Positions 40,210 to 49,550 of a stretch of 64,000 nucleotides of DNA are shown here, piece by piece. The stretch is from assembly GCA_963706285.1 (NCBI GenBank), contig CAVPLU010000010.1:160001-224000 (forward strand), written 5' to 3'. The notes below the pieces were generated by a model. That model saw only the letters and a list, made by a program, of their open reading frames with translations. It ran no database searches and had not been told where the DNA came from. The stretch comes from Candidatus Bathyarchaeota archaeon. GTDB lineage: Archaea > Thermoproteota > Bathyarchaeia > 40CM-2-53-6. Within the stretch, counting starts at the first letter, position 1, and each line of letters opens with the position of its first letter. A program made the position numbers and the translations under genes.

Positions 40210-40432
40210 TTCCTAGCTTCCTTTCGAGAATTAAGTATTCCTAGTTGAAGTGTGCGGAGCCTCTCTTCCAATTCAAAGACTAACCGGTTAATCGAAGAGT
40301 GTTTTTCCGAGTACTTCTATCCGCAAATCTCAGAGAGAAAGGGCACCAACCTCACAGATCGCCTTTCTCAGAAGCGTAACTCCAACGACAACCCAAGCAA
40401 CTATAATGACTGTTAGTACCGCGCCAGAGATG

Positions 40433-41608
40433 TCAGACTGCAACATGCCAAATGAGGCTGCAACCAAAAACAAGTGTAGCTGAGTCGTATGTTCGATCTA
40501 TGAGTTGTTGAGGCATCACAAGAAAGAACATTTCCAAAGGCTTACTGTGAAAGATAGCAAACACTAGTGGAAGCAGCCATGTCGCAGTAACCCATTTCCT
40601 AGACCAACCTTGACTGATTGAAGCTAGGAGTACAAGAGGCAACACGAAGTTCAGGTTTTGTTCAGAAACCCACGATCTAGACAGTGAAAGCCCCAACATT
40701 ATGGCAAGAGCCGAAAGCACGAGATCCGATGATTTGACGCCACGTTTTCTCATGAGTAAGTAATAGATCAAAGCCAGAATAGGAAGCCAAACGTAACCCA
40801 AGAGGCTGAACTCATTCGTGGAACTGCTGACCCCGAAAAGAGCCAAGAGATACATTGGAGAGAAGGCTCCGACGCGGACGAATTGCACATTCCAATTGTC
40901 AACGATAGGAGTGATGCTCCAACCGAACAAGAACGGAGCAAACGATACTCCAACAATTCCCACTGCACACGCGAAGTATAGGAACGCACGTTTCCAACCT
41001 GCACGCTTTCTCACATAGTAGACCAGAAGGGGAAGCATAACGATCGGAATCAGTTTAAGCGCGATAGCCCCGCCCAGAGCCGCAGCTGAAAGCCCATGTT
41101 TCCCTTGTGTCAGCTCAAAGATGGCGAACAGCATCAGAAACATACTCAGAGTGTCGAATTGTCCCCAGATTGACGTGGTGTAGATCACGAACGGGTTGAA
41201 CAGCATAAGCCTAATCGCGTTCTTTGATAATGCGGCGTTTGAAGTTTCAGACCGAACAATTCTCCCTACGAGTAGTGCAAGGAGTATGTTCCCAAGGATA
41301 ATTGGCACTTTGATGGCAAGGTTGTAGAGGATTACACTTGGGAACAGGTTGTAGCTCAGAAGATATGCCAGCCCCAGCACCAAGCCCCAGGGCGGAGGAT
41401 ATCCAATCCCCGGGTATGCCTCCGGAAAAAGGGTGTGTCCGAATACAGCGGAAACGTCCGTGGGAGTGTAGGGTGAGTTTCCGTGAGCTACAGAATACCC
41501 GACCGTAAAGAACACGCGTCCATCGTACCAATGAGCTGTGAAAGCTCCAAGTGCCAGCTGGATCCCGACACTTAGAAGGATCGAATAGCGGATTCTCGAT
41601 AAATTCAC
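40433..41608 (-). CDS. GT-C fold membrane glycosyltransferase (GT87/PIG-M-like); C-terminus possibly frameshifted
   Basis: YPPPW, FNPFVIY...WGQFD, ALKLIP, multi-TM. Confidence 0.75.
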   Translation of the reverse strand: MNLSRIRYSILLSVGIQLALGAFTAHWYDGRVFFTVGYSVAHGNSPYTPTDVSAVFGHTLFPEAYPGIGYPPPWGLVLGLAYLLSYNLFPSVILYNLAIKVPIILGNILLALLVGRIVRSETSNAALSKNAIRLMLFNPFVIYTTSIWGQFDTLSMFLMLFAIFELTQGKHGLSAAALGGAIALKLIPIVMLPLLVYYVRKRAGWKRAFLYFACAVGIVGVSFAPFLFGWSITPIVDNWNVQFVRVGAFSPMYLLALFGVSSSTNEFSLLGYVWLPILALIYYLLMRKRGVKSSDLVLSALAIMLGLSLSRSWVSEQNLNFVLPLVLLASISQGWSRKWVTATWLLPLVFAIFHSKPLEMFFLVMPQQLIDRTYDSATLVFGCSLIWHVAV

Positions 41609-41636
41609 CCGTTATGCCTGCCAATTCTTGATCTCG

Positions 41637-43013
41637 CTATTTCAGACTCCTGAATGCTAGATCGGTAAGTGCTTCGAAAGGTGTCCCGAACAATGTGTAC
41701 GCCCACTTTCCACCATGTTTCCACACTCGATGTTGGACAGCTGCCTTGGCTATCGCGAACTTCAGCTTGAACTCCGAGAACTCTGCGTCATACAGCAGCG
41801 CATGGTCAATTAGTCTCCAAGACGAGTAGCGCCAATCCTGTTCACGAAGTCTGTCCTTGACTTTATCGTAGAGACCGGTTCCGGGGATCGGATATGGAAG
41901 ACTGAACGAAGCATAGTCAAGAGGAAGCTTTGTGGCAAACTTGATCGTCCGCAGTATCGTTGAGTTGGTCTCTCCAGGATAACCGATGATAAAGAATCCC
42001 GCAGCTTTCAAATCGGCCTTCCTAGCTGCCTCAACGGCTTTCCGTGCTTGATCAACATCGATACGCTTCTTCATTTGTCTGAGAATTCCATCGTCACCAG
42101 ACTCGATTCCGAAGAACACTCGTTCGCATCCAGCCTCTTTCATCTCCTTCGCCATCTCGAAGCTGAAGCCATCTACCCGTGAGAGGCACTCCCACTTCAA
42201 TTCAAGACTTCTATCCTTGACTCCTCGACAAATCTGTAGAACTCTGCTAGGAATTAGTGTGAAACAATCGTCCGAGAACCAAACGGAGTCATATCCGAGT
42301 CCAGCTATTTGCTCCAGCTCATCGACCACATTCCTAGCGGATCTAGCTCTGAATTGGTTTGAGAAGATTGGCCTGCTGCAGAAGTCACATTCAAAAGGGC
42401 ATCCTCGAGTTGTGATAATTGAAGTCTCTTTGCGGTCGAAACGGTCCCTATAGTACTCCATGTAGTCGTCGTTGTCAAATAGATCCCTTGCAGGGAATGG
42501 GATAGAATCAATGTCGCGAATCGGAGGGCGAGCAGGCGTTCGAATATTCGACTCGTCCGTAGTGTTCGACTCAAGACTTGTTCTAATGCAGATTCCCTTG
42601 ATGTTCGTCAGTTTCCCCTGCTTCAAATGTGCCTCTGCTAGTTCCAGCATCGTCTCTTCTCCTTCTCCGATACAGACAACATCAAACGCTTTCAGGTAGT
42701 CTTCCGGGAAGATTGAGGGAAGCGGGCCGCCAGCAACAAGCAGATCGCAGTCCTTTCTCAACAGTCTAGCTAGGCGAAGGGCGGATGTACTCATTGAGAA
42801 CATCGAGTAGATTCCAATGATAGACGGGTGCAAACCCCTAACCGTTTGAACAGCAGAATCTTCTGATCTGAATGTGCAGTCGACGAGCTTCACTGACAAT
42901 CCATGATTCCTAAGTTGTGACGCGATGTACCCAAGTCCTAGAGGAGGGAACCTGAACGGCGATCTATCTCTTGATGATCGAAAGTACGGATAGATGAGAA
43001 CCACGTCAGTCAA
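41637..43013 (-). CDS. B12-binding radical SAM protein
   Basis: PPLGLGYIAS B12 domain, TRGCPFECDFC, GIESG, IGYPGET. Confidence 0.9.
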   Translation of the reverse strand: MTDVVLIYPYFRSSRDRSPFRFPPLGLGYIASQLRNHGLSVKLVDCTFRSEDSAVQTVRGLHPSIIGIYSMFSMSTSALRLARLLRKDCDLLVAGGPLPSIFPEDYLKAFDVVCIGEGEETMLELAEAHLKQGKLTNIKGICIRTSLESNTTDESNIRTPARPPIRDIDSIPFPARDLFDNDDYMEYYRDRFDRKETSIITTRGCPFECDFCSRPIFSNQFRARSARNVVDELEQIAGLGYDSVWFSDDCFTLIPSRVLQICRGVKDRSLELKWECLSRVDGFSFEMAKEMKEAGCERVFFGIESGDDGILRQMKKRIDVDQARKAVEAARKADLKAAGFFIIGYPGETNSTILRTIKFATKLPLDYASFSLPYPIPGTGLYDKVKDRLREQDWRYSSWRLIDHALLYDAEFSEFKLKFAIAKAAVQHRVWKHGGKWAYTLFGTPFEALTDLAFRSLK

Positions 43014-43924
43014 TGCGAAGCGTCTCCGGAAATCTCGACTGAATATTCCAGCGCCTGAGGAAGTCCCTCACAGTATAAGTCTAGCCCAGACCAAGAAATG
43101 CGATTTCTGACTACCTCTCTTCCTCTTACTATGAGCCAAGGGCTCGGCCGACGTAGCGTGAATTCTACGCCTGACGCTTGAGAAAGTAGGCTCGCCCATT
43201 CCGCTTGTGTGACTCGCCAAGGTTCGATCTGGTCGTCATGAAGTCTGGTACCAGTTGAATCCTCGTACTCGTTGAACAGTATCCCACCTTGTTCATTTGC
43301 AAAGACAATGCTCTGTAGACCTTGACAAGACAGTTCGTCAAGAGTGGCCTTGATCTCCAAACCCATACGGGTCCTGCGATACGAAACGGCGATTCGTCCC
43401 TTCGAGCTAGACATCGAGTACTCGTTTCTCATCCCGAGCATGCTGAGAATGTCTAGCATGAGAGTTGCTTCGGTCTTGAACCTGGGCAACCCACGATAAC
43501 CTTTCTCCAGAATCTTGAGGAAATGTGCGAGGTGGGTTCCGCGTCGTATCAGCATTTCACGGAATCTCTTTGAAGCCATCCCATTCATGTCATAGATCTT
43601 GACTAATCTTGGATTCTCGTCGGAATCGTCGACAAAGGTGTCTGCACTAAGTGAGAAGCGCGTACCATCTTGATATCTGCACACCGGAACACCAATTCCT
43701 AGACCCTCTTCAACTAATTCCATCCCGTTACACACGACGATGGCCCCTTTCTGGAGTCTTGCTGTCTGATACGCGTGTGGCCGAGAGTCGGCGTAGAATC
43801 GGAGAGCAATTCTCCCGTCAAACACGAGATCGATCTTCTCGTCAAGCCGCAGCCGTCTCGTTCCACCCACTCTCCGAAGGACTTCTGGAATCCAGGGCGC
43901 CATTGGGGTTAAGAGACAATGCAA
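43010..43924 (-). CDS. Hypothetical protein coupled to the radical SAM gene
   Basis: Long ORF with ATGA overlap; start uncertain. Confidence 0.65.
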   Translation of the reverse strand: MHCLLTPMAPWIPEVLRRVGGTRRLRLDEKIDLVFDGRIALRFYADSRPHAYQTARLQKGAIVVCNGMELVEEGLGIGVPVCRYQDGTRFSLSADTFVDDSDENPRLVKIYDMNGMASKRFREMLIRRGTHLAHFLKILEKGYRGLPRFKTEATLMLDILSMLGMRNEYSMSSSKGRIAVSYRRTRMGLEIKATLDELSCQGLQSIVFANEQGGILFNEYEDSTGTRLHDDQIEPWRVTQAEWASLLSQASGVEFTLRRPSPWLIVRGREVVRNRISWSGLDLYCEGLPQALEYSVEISGDASH

Positions 43925-43987
43925 GAGCCATAGTAGTAGGTACAGAAACTAATTCCGAGGATCGTTGAAAGCCATGGAGGTTTCACG

Positions 43988-45089
43988 ATGGACAAAGCGC
44001 TAGAGGACAGGGTCGCGCGGCTGAAAGACGTAGGGAAGCAACGAGGTTTTTCTGGATTCATTATCGCCACCCCTCCTAACCTGCGATACTTCACAGGCAT
44101 ATCTGTCCTGGCGATAGAAAGGTTCGCGGCAGTCATAATATCAATCGATTCAGAGCCCGTGATCGTGGTTCCTGAATTGGAAGAAGAGAAGGTCAAATCA
44201 CTGTCTCCGTTCAAGAGCGTACTGAAGTATGACGACGCGGAGGGTCCCAAGGGTCTGTTAAAGTCTGTGTTGGAAGAGCTGGACCTAACCCGAGGCAAGT
44301 TGGGAGTTGAAGGCTTTTTTCCTTACCGATTCTCCCAGATGGTGAGTGATGCCGCACCGAAAGCACAACTGGAAGAAGCGTCAGATATTTTCATGGAATT
44401 CAGAATTATCAAGACCGCAGACGAGCTTGAGCTAATGCGGAAGGCAGGAGAAATCATTACCAAAGGCATCGATGCTGGCATCAATGCTACACGAGTCGGA
44501 GCAACGGAGCTTGAGATAAGCTTCGAGATAGAACGTAGAATAAGAGCAGTTGGGCGGCGATTCGGTGCCCTACTGCATCGTTCTTAGTGGTGGGAACGCG
44601 GCGTTTCCGCATGGTTCTTCTTCAAAGGTTGAAATCCGAAAAGGCGATGCGCTCGTAATGGATGTCAGCGCAACGTATGAAGGCTACTTCGCGGATCTAA
44701 CTAGGACAACGTTTGTCGGGAGCGCTTCCGCCAAACAACGCGAAATCTATGCTACAGTGCTTCAGGCTCAGGAGAATGCAATCGAGTCGGTAAGGCCAGG
44801 AATTCGCGCGGGTGAGATCGATAAAGCTGCCAGGAATGTCATCAAACAGGCAGGCTACGGGGGGCGTTTCATACATAGAACCGGGCACGGGCTAGGTCTT
44901 GAAGTCCACGAAGACCCGAGCATAACGGAGAATTGCGCGACGATCCTGAAGTCCGGAATGACCTTTACTGTTGAACCGGGAATATATCTGCCACAGGAGC
45001 TTGGTGTCAGGATAGAAGACAACATCGTAGTCACCGAGAAAGGGAAAGCAACGATTGCTGCCTGTGAAAAGAGTCTGACGATAGTCTAG
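43988..45089 (+). CDS. Xaa-Pro dipeptidase/aminopeptidase (M24B), one apparent frameshift ~44545
   Basis: Creatinase N-domain; D..GYFADLTRT, HRTGHGLGLEVHE, EPGIY, GVRIED. Confidence 0.92.
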
Positions 45090-45239
45090 TAGTTCAGTCA
45101 CGGGCTGCCAGAAGACGCAATAGTCTTCGAGAATGCAACCTGGCGATGTGAAGGCAACTAAGAAAACACTCTGCGAGGTTAGAGCGAGGGTAATCGGCAA
45201 CATTAAACGGATGGTTTACTCAAGTCGAAAGATTCGCAG

Positions 45240-46553
45240 ATGGTCTCGAGTTTGAGCGTACTTGAGCGTGCAAGGGCTGCCCGATCAGCAGCTCTGAAAA
45301 TGGCCAACGTCAGTATTGAGATAAGGAACAAGGCCATACTAGCGATTTCTGAGGAGATAGACAGGCAGAAGGTGCAGATCGAGGAAGTTAACTCTAGAGA
45401 TGTCAGCGATGCTTCAAAGAACGGCCTTCCAGTGCCCTTGATCAAAAGACTCAGGCTGGATGACTCAAAGATTGGTGATCTAAGGAAGGGCTTAGAGTTG
45501 CTGGCTGAACTCGAAGATCCTGTTGGAAAAACCCTCTATTCCTCTGAGATGGATCATGGACTTGAGCTCTACAAGGTAACTTGTCCGATAGGAGTCATTG
45601 GTGCCATTTTTGAATCCAGACCCGACGTACTGGTCCAGATAGCCACGCTTTGCATAAAGTCAGGCAACGCAGTCATCCTAAAGGGCGGAGCAGAAACCGC
45701 CAGAACCAACCTGTTCTTGACGGGACTGATACGAAAGACTATCGGATTGTTTGCGATTCCAGAAGACTCGGTTCAACTTATTGAAACGAGAGATGATGTC
45801 TCGGAACTTCTGAAACTTGACGAGTACGTCGATCTACTAGTTCCCAGAGGCTCAAGCTCATTGGTCAAGCACGTCAAAGCAAATAGTAGAATCCCTGTCC
45901 TCGGTCATGCGGAGGGCATCTGCCACGAGTATGTTGATGCTGATGCGGACCTAGACATGGCAGTTGATATCTGCTATGATGCGAAGGTTCAGTATCCTGC
46001 CGTATGCAATGCCATGAATACCCTCCTCGTGCACAAGGATGTGGCTCTTGCATTTCTTCCGAGGATGAACGAAAGATACGGAGAAGCTCACGTGGAATTG
46101 AGAGGAGACGAAAGAACTAGGAAGATCCTTCCACATGCGAAGGAAGCCGGTGACAGAGATTGGTCCACCGAATACCTCGACCTGATCCTTAACATACGGA
46201 TTGTGGACTCACTTGAACAAGCCATAGCGCACATAAACCACTACAGCTCACATCATACAGATGGAATAGTAACAGAAAACGAGGAAACCGCAAAGAAGTT
46301 CCTCAGCGAAGTTGACTCGTCAGTCGTTGTGCACAATGCATCCACAAGGTTCAGCGATGGTTACAGATTTGGTTTCGGTGCAGAGGTCGGAATCAGCACA
46401 GGAAAAATCCATGCCAGAGGACCGGTTGGCCTGGATGGACTCGTAACATACAAGTACATTGTAGCTGGAACAGGTCAAATCGTATCTTCCTACGTAGGAG
46501 AGAGCGCGAAACCTTTCACTCATAAAGCACTGAACAAGAGCTGGAGCGCCTGA
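45240..46553 (+). CDS. proA: Gamma-glutamyl phosphate reductase
   Basis: IFESRP, CNA, NASTRFSDG, ISTGKIHARGPVGL. Confidence 0.96.
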   Translation: MVSSLSVLERARAARSAALKMANVSIEIRNKAILAISEEIDRQKVQIEEVNSRDVSDASKNGLPVPLIKRLRLDDSKIGDLRKGLELLAELEDPVGKTLYSSEMDHGLELYKVTCPIGVIGAIFESRPDVLVQIATLCIKSGNAVILKGGAETARTNLFLTGLIRKTIGLFAIPEDSVQLIETRDDVSELLKLDEYVDLLVPRGSSSLVKHVKANSRIPVLGHAEGICHEYVDADADLDMAVDICYDAKVQYPAVCNAMNTLLVHKDVALAFLPRMNERYGEAHVELRGDERTRKILPHAKEAGDRDWSTEYLDLILNIRIVDSLEQAIAHINHYSSHHTDGIVTENEETAKKFLSEVDSSVVVHNASTRFSDGYRFGFGAEVGISTGKIHARGPVGLDGLVTYKYIVAGTGQIVSSYVGESAKPFTHKALNKSWSA

Positions 46554-46574
46554 CATAGCTCCGAGTGCGATCAC

Positions 46575-47687
46575 ATGAGCAGAGATTTCGAGAACGTAAA
46601 GCGAATTGTAGTCAAGATTGGGACATCAGTTCTCACGAAGCCAGATGGATCTCTTGACAAGGAGTACATGCAGGAAGTTGCGAGACAGTGCTGCGCAATA
46701 ATGGCGCAGGGTAGAATAGTGACTATTGTAAGTTCAGGCGCTATAGGTTCCGGAGTCAGAGAGTTAGGACTCAAACAACCGCCGAGGGATATACCAACTA
46801 GGCAGGCAGCTGCGGCTGTCGGCCAAAGCATACTCATGGAAAGTTGGCGAGATGCCTTCAGGAAATCCGGAGCGAGAGTCGCGCAGATACTTCTAACTTA
46901 TGAGGGCTTCTCAAACAGAAGAACATACTTGAACTTGAGAAACTCTATGGCAGTTCTAACAAAGTGCGGGACGGTACCAATCATTAATGAGAACGATCCG
47001 ATCTCGGTCCATGAGATCGAGGCGACCTTCGGCGACAACGACCAATTGTCAGCCTTGGTTGCAGCTAACACTGATGCTGAGCTACTCATACTCCTAACCG
47101 ATGTGGACGGACTCTACGATAAGAACCCGAGACACAAGGGTGCTAAGCTTGTTCACGAAGTAATCGAGATAACTCCAATAATCGAAAAGATTGCTGGCGG
47201 CCCTGGTTCATGGAGAACGAAAGGTGGCATGAGAACAAAGATTGAGGCAGCAAGAACAGCGACCAGATCGAAATGCGCCATGATAGTGGCTAACGCCAGA
47301 GTAGACGAGATCCTCACAAGAATTCTCAAGGGCGAAGAAATTGGCACGCTCTTCAGAGCCCAAAGAGCAGGATACACAAACAAGGAGAGATGGATAAGAT
47401 ACTCAAAAACTAACGGGATAATAGGAATCGACAAGAAAGCGAAGGATGCGCTTCTCACAGGTGCGGGTCTCCTGCCATCAGGCATTCTTAAGGTTCATGG
47501 GGATTTCACGCCTGGTGCCATCGTCTCCATAGCTCACCGAAGAGAAGAAATCGCGAAGGGCGTAGTAGAGTACTCATCCGAAGAGCTGAACAAAATAAAG
47601 GGCAAACATACGGACGAGATAGAAACAATTCTCGGATACAAGAACTATGACAATGTGGTCAGAAGAGAGAACATGGCCTTCGCATGA
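46575..47687 (+). CDS. proB: Glutamate 5-kinase with PUA domain
   Basis: VVKIGT, SSGAI, NEND, FGDND, GGMRTK. Confidence 0.96.
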   Translation: MSRDFENVKRIVVKIGTSVLTKPDGSLDKEYMQEVARQCCAIMAQGRIVTIVSSGAIGSGVRELGLKQPPRDIPTRQAAAAVGQSILMESWRDAFRKSGARVAQILLTYEGFSNRRTYLNLRNSMAVLTKCGTVPIINENDPISVHEIEATFGDNDQLSALVAANTDAELLILLTDVDGLYDKNPRHKGAKLVHEVIEITPIIEKIAGGPGSWRTKGGMRTKIEAARTATRSKCAMIVANARVDEILTRILKGEEIGTLFRAQRAGYTNKERWIRYSKTNGIIGIDKKAKDALLTGAGLLPSGILKVHGDFTPGAIVSIAHRREEIAKGVVEYSSEELNKIKGKHTDEIETILGYKNYDNVVRRENMAFA

Positions 47688-47753
47688 GCTGGTTACAGTT
47701 GATGGACCACGGGAACCTGCGCTTGGTGCTTGGTGGAAACGGCTCTCTGCCTA

Positions 47754-48068
47754 CTAGTCCTTGATCGCTTCGAGTATGCTCACGGCGTTCCAGAGCTTCA
47801 CTCTAGTATACGGCGGCATGTTCGGGTCCTGGCTGATGTCATCAAGCATTGATATCGCGTTCGCCGCTCGAACCCCCAAACTATGGCCTGGAGTCTGGAG
47901 TGAATCCATAGCGGTCTTGGCGGCTCTTCTTATGTTCCTCGGGGTAGTCGTGTCGTTAGAAACCTCGTTTAGTACAGCCATCGCTTGCTTGGTTCGGTCC
48001 TCGTACTCTTCCTTGCGTTTTGCCTTCGACAATACCTGTCGCCCCGCATCGCTAAGTCGCTGACTCAC
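47754..48068 (-). CDS. UPF0147-family protein
   Basis: DTTTPRNIRRAA, DPNMP..TR. Confidence 0.88.
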   Translation of the reverse strand: MSQRLSDAGRQVLSKAKRKEEYEDRTKQAMAVLNEVSNDTTTPRNIRRAAKTAMDSLQTPGHSLGVRAANAISMLDDISQDPNMPPYTRVKLWNAVSILEAIKD

Positions 48069-48118
48069 GCATTTTATAGGTCCCGCCCAAAAACCTTCCC
48101 TTAGTACAGGCGATTCTG

Positions 48119-48463
48119 GTGGGCGCAGAAGTAAAACGAATGGCTGATCTACTCAGATCAGGCGCAACAATGCTGCAGGAGACGTGTCCAATATGCGCGA
48201 CTCCTCTCTTTAGGCTCGGAAAAGACACATTCTGTCCAAAGTGTAATCGTCCAGTAGCTATCGTCAGATCAGCTGAGGAAGGGGTAAAGCTCGCCAGTCA
48301 ACAAGTGCTTGACAACATCGAACAAGCAATTCTCGAGAAAGTCGCTGAACTTAACACCGCTATAAGGAATGAGCATGGACTCGCACCGCTTCGGGAACTC
48401 GGAGAAGCAATTAAGACGTATCTTTCTGCCTTGGAACAGGTCAGAAGGCTCAGATCTGCCTAG
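48119..48463 (+). CDS. UPF0148 / autoantigen-p27-like Zn-ribbon protein
   Basis: MADLLRSGATML..TCPICATPLF..FCPKC. Confidence 0.85.
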   Translation: MGAEVKRMADLLRSGATMLQETCPICATPLFRLGKDTFCPKCNRPVAIVRSAEEGVKLASQQVLDNIEQAILEKVAELNTAIRNEHGLAPLRELGEAIKTYLSALEQVRRLRSA

Positions 48464-48498
48464 CACATGGCCCCAAGCGGGCCTTGCTCTAGTCGACC

Positions 48499-49449
48499 TC
48501 ACGGCGCTACACGAGGCGTCAGCATGTTGTTTATCGCCTCAAAGAATTCGTTGAGTTTATCCAGAGGAACTCGTGCGCCGCACGCCTCAGCATGTCCCCC
48601 TCCTGAGGCTCCGAGCTTAGGGGCGACTGTTCGAAGGATCCTGTTCAAATCGACAGATTTGTCTATGACTCGGAACGAAATGTCAGCCACATCGCGACGT
48701 GGGTCCTTGTCGACGTAGGCTCCGATGCCGACTCCCGTGGCAGCGGCGGCGTAAGTTGCCCCCTTTCCGGCCGGACCGTTCAAGTCGTATGCAACGCCTA
48801 TTATTCCCAATTTCGTCGCGCTTTTCTCTACGCGTTGTCTGAATGATTCCTCTAGCTCACTCGCCTTGACGGCTGATGCAACGATCCTGCTGTCTTCGCA
48901 AGGTGGCCTACAACTGGCCAGGAGATCAACAATCTGCCTGTGAAACTCGTGGTCAGGTCGTGTGACCTCCAATGCTCCGCATAGGAAGCCTGCTTGGAGA
49001 AAGACGGAGCGTTTATCCCACCTTTGTAGGCGGTCGACGCACAACGGAGTCAGATCCGCATAGTCGCCGATTGCACCCATTAGCATCACTCTCTCAGCCT
49101 CTCTCTTGAGCCTCGGCGCTAGGTGAGTGAACGTCAGCTCTGAAGCCGATACTGTGCCCGCTATGACTTCAACACTCGATTGTCTAGGAAAAGAAGTTGC
49201 GGTATCAGGATGATGATCAATGTAGAGGACTTTGCCGCGCCATCGCGATAGTCTGCTCACGATCTGCTCCTTCGCAAGCTCGCATAATGCTAAATCGAGC
49301 ACCATGAGGTCTCTTCGACTATCCATCTGATCGAGGTCATGCAACAGGCTACATGGCTTGCTGAAGAAGATCTTTGAGGCTGGATCACTCATCCTCACAA
49401 GTGCTGCGCTGCAGATTCCATCAGCATCTTCATGCGCTATGATCTGCAT
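48499..49449 (-). CDS. DHH/DHHA1 phosphoesterase
   Basis: HEDADG, DHH, GGGHAEACG. Confidence 0.88.
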   Translation of the reverse strand: MQIIAHEDADGICSAALVRMSDPASKIFFSKPCSLLHDLDQMDSRRDLMVLDLALCELAKEQIVSRLSRWRGKVLYIDHHPDTATSFPRQSSVEVIAGTVSASELTFTHLAPRLKREAERVMLMGAIGDYADLTPLCVDRLQRWDKRSVFLQAGFLCGALEVTRPDHEFHRQIVDLLASCRPPCEDSRIVASAVKASELEESFRQRVEKSATKLGIIGVAYDLNGPAGKGATYAAAATGVGIGAYVDKDPRRDVADISFRVIDKSVDLNRILRTVAPKLGASGGGHAEACGARVPLDKLNEFFEAINNMLTPRVAP

Positions 49450-49550
49450 CGTTATTCTCGGATTATGATGGAGGCCTCGAGTATTTCAGGCAGGATGTTT
49501 CCCAAACATCCGCTCGGCAATTCTTAATTCGCTCGCTCTTACGCTCTGAG

